18,786 nt of DNA from the UHGV virus genome UHGV-1689787; one strand, given 5' to 3'. The position numbers and the translations under genes are program-made. Below, piece by piece: positions 16,996 through 18,786 of this stretch (within the stretch, counting starts at the first letter, position 1; each line of letters starts with the position of its first letter). The notes under the pieces are model-generated. The model saw only the letters and a program-made list of their open reading frames with translations. It had not been told where the DNA came from and made no database searches. Source of the DNA: a virus.

Positions 16996-18160
16996 CGACA
17001 ACGGCCTTGAGACAAGCACTCTCCGGGAGTTATTTCAGGAACTGAGCGACGGATATAAGGGAATTTATGGTCAGGATATCGATTTAGACCAGGAATCTCC
17101 CGACGGTCAACGCGTGGCAATCGAAGCTCAGGCTCGGGCAGATATTGAAGCCGCGCTGCAATGGCTTTATTCCCAAATGGACCCCGATTTTAATACTGGT
17201 GATATGCAGCAGATTATCGCCAAACTTCACGGGCTTTTCCTTCGCCCCGGCTCCCGGTCTCAGCGTGACCTTAAAGTCACAACAGACAGGCCGGTGCTTC
17301 TCTATAGCGGGTACAAGATACGGGACCAGGCAAATCAGGTCTGGGCTATCCGACAGGACGTGACCGTTCCGGCGGGCGTCACAACAGCCACCTTTTTTGC
17401 TCAAAACTTTGGGAAAGTTACTGGGCTTGTGAACGACACCTTCACTCAACTCACACCAGAACCAGGGATTGTGAGCATTATCTCTGATTCCGCGGTTGTG
17501 GTCGGTCGGGATGAGGAAACGCCTGAAGAATTCAGGCAACGCCGGAACCGGTCGCTTGAGAACCCGGCAACAGGTAGCACTGGGGCGGTTTTCGCTAAAG
17601 TTGCTCAACTGACAGGTGTAATTGATCTGAATATCGGAGAGAACGACACAAAAATTGATAATCCGACGACGGGTATCCCGGCCAATTCAATATGGCTGGT
17701 CGTTGAGGGGGGAGCGATTTCAGAAATTGTGGAGGTGATGGTTAAACAGAAAGGCGGTGGAACGGGAACGAAAGGCAGCATAACCGGACGTTTTACCGAG
17801 ACCCTGATTCGGCCTGACGGCACTTCATTTCTGATAGCCCATGAACTTCAGTTTGATCGGCCCATCTATAAGCCGCTTCATATCAGGCTTAATGCCCGCC
17901 GGAAGATTCAAAGCGAACCGATAGATATCGATACTCTCAAAAAATCTCTTGCATCACGCACCATGCATATTGGTGAGTCTGTGGATGCCAATGAATTTTA
18001 TGAGAATGGGTATGGGGTAGGACGGGTAAATTTTGTGCTGACCAATCTGCAAATTAGCAGTAATGGGGCAGATTACACCGATGCTGAGTTATCGCCAGGC
18101 TTTCAGGGAAAGTTCACGTTGAGTGTGGAAAATATAGACGTTAACGAGGTGGTCCAGTGA
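16979..18160 (+). CDS. Baseplate J-like protein
   Basis: 393-aa ORF. Size and N-terminal region are typical of the Baseplate_J family; sits between a gpW-like and a DUF2612-like gene. Confidence 0.75.
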   Translation: MALQFSDNGLETSTLRELFQELSDGYKGIYGQDIDLDQESPDGQRVAIEAQARADIEAALQWLYSQMDPDFNTGDMQQIIAKLHGLFLRPGSRSQRDLKVTTDRPVLLYSGYKIRDQANQVWAIRQDVTVPAGVTTATFFAQNFGKVTGLVNDTFTQLTPEPGIVSIISDSAVVVGRDEETPEEFRQRRNRSLENPATGSTGAVFAKVAQLTGVIDLNIGENDTKIDNPTTGIPANSIWLVVEGGAISEIVEVMVKQKGGGTGTKGSITGRFTETLIRPDGTSFLIAHELQFDRPIYKPLHIRLNARRKIQSEPIDIDTLKKSLASRTMHIGESVDANEFYENGYGVGRVNFVLTNLQISSNGADYTDAELSPGFQGKFTLSVENIDVNEVVQ

Positions 18161-18786
18161 ATGACGACATCATTAACCGCTACACGCTAATGCTCATCAA
18201 ACAATATTGGGAAAAGAAAAAAGCAAGATCAGAGATACAGGCCATGCTCAGGCACTGGCAAATCATCGCCGATTTTATTCGTAACCCAGATAACTTTGAT
18301 CTCGACCGGGTTACCGGATACCGGCTTGATGTCATTGGCCGGATAGTCGGCCTTCACCGTAGTGTGCCTGCTGTTATTGCCCGTGTATTTTTCGGGTTTG
18401 ACGGACATCTGAATACCGCAGGCTTCGACAGTAAATCTAATGCGGCGTATGTCGGCGCACCTTTCTACAGCAAGTTTTCGCCGGCATATGGTGACTATCA
18501 ACTGGCTGACAATGAGTATCGCAGGTTCCTTCGGGTCAAAATTGCGCGAAACGCCGCAGGTGCAACGATAGCGTCAGACGATCGGGTCAGCCTGCAGGAT
18601 GTTATACAGACGGCTTTCAACGGCGAAGCTTACGTGACCGACAGAAAAGACATGACGCTTGCTTTGAACGTTTCGCCGCGGGTATCAGTTGAAGAGTTAC
18701 GCCTGATTGTGAAGCTTGGCCTGCTGCCGAAACCTGCGGGCGTTCGATACGATTATTTTTATCAGGTGACTCCTGGTCTGACATTC
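18157..18786 (+). CDS. Tail / baseplate protein (DUF2612-like, XkdU-like), 3'-partial
   Basis: Open frame from GTG 18157 (overlapping the upstream stop, GTGA; alternative ATG at 18190) to the end of the window with no stop, so it is absent from the ORF track. Translation (...YWEKKKARSEIQAMLRHWQIIADFIRNPDNFDLDRVTGYRLDVIGRIVG...) resembles DUF2612 proteins that follow Baseplate_J. Confidence 0.55.
   Translation, partial: MNDDIINRYTLMLIKQYWEKKKARSEIQAMLRHWQIIADFIRNPDNFDLDRVTGYRLDVIGRIVGLHRSVPAVIARVFFGFDGHLNTAGFDSKSNAAYVGAPFYSKFSPAYGDYQLADNEYRRFLRVKIARNAAGATIASDDRVSLQDVIQTAFNGEAYVTDRKDMTLALNVSPRVSVEELRLIVKLGLLPKPAGVRYDYFYQVTPGLTF

Noticed and set aside
1-18786. tRNA, rRNA, integrase, att sites, lysis genes
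   Set aside because: Nothing resembling them was seen. The window is almost entirely occupied by morphogenesis ORFs, so prophage boundaries cannot be assessed from it.

Overview
This 18.8 kb window is the late (virion morphogenesis) module of a tailed phage or prophage with a contractile tail, almost entirely on the + strand. Gene order is: small terminase (5'-partial) -> large terminase -> portal -> head morphogenesis (Mu F-like) -> scaffold -> capsid-associated protein -> major capsid -> neck proteins -> tail sheath -> tail tube -> tail chaperone -> tape measure -> baseplate proteins, ending in a DUF2634-like / Baseplate_J / DUF2612-like trio, the last running off the 3' end. The one break in this layout is a single minus-strand gene (15352..15885) between two baseplate genes. 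It encodes a 177-aa protein with an N-terminal DUF4236-like domain and a C-terminal transmembrane helix, has its own strong ribosome-binding site, and is the best candidate for an uncharacterised moron-encoded exclusion or defence function. Also notable are a dense cluster of the palindromic hexamer TGCGCA inside the 5' part of the small terminase gene (candidate pac or TerS-binding site) and a -1 frame ORF bridging the tail chaperone and tape measure genes (candidate programmed frameshift). All family assignments are from reading the translations and recalling family hallmarks; no database search was run. No tRNA, rRNA, CRISPR array, integrase or att site was seen.
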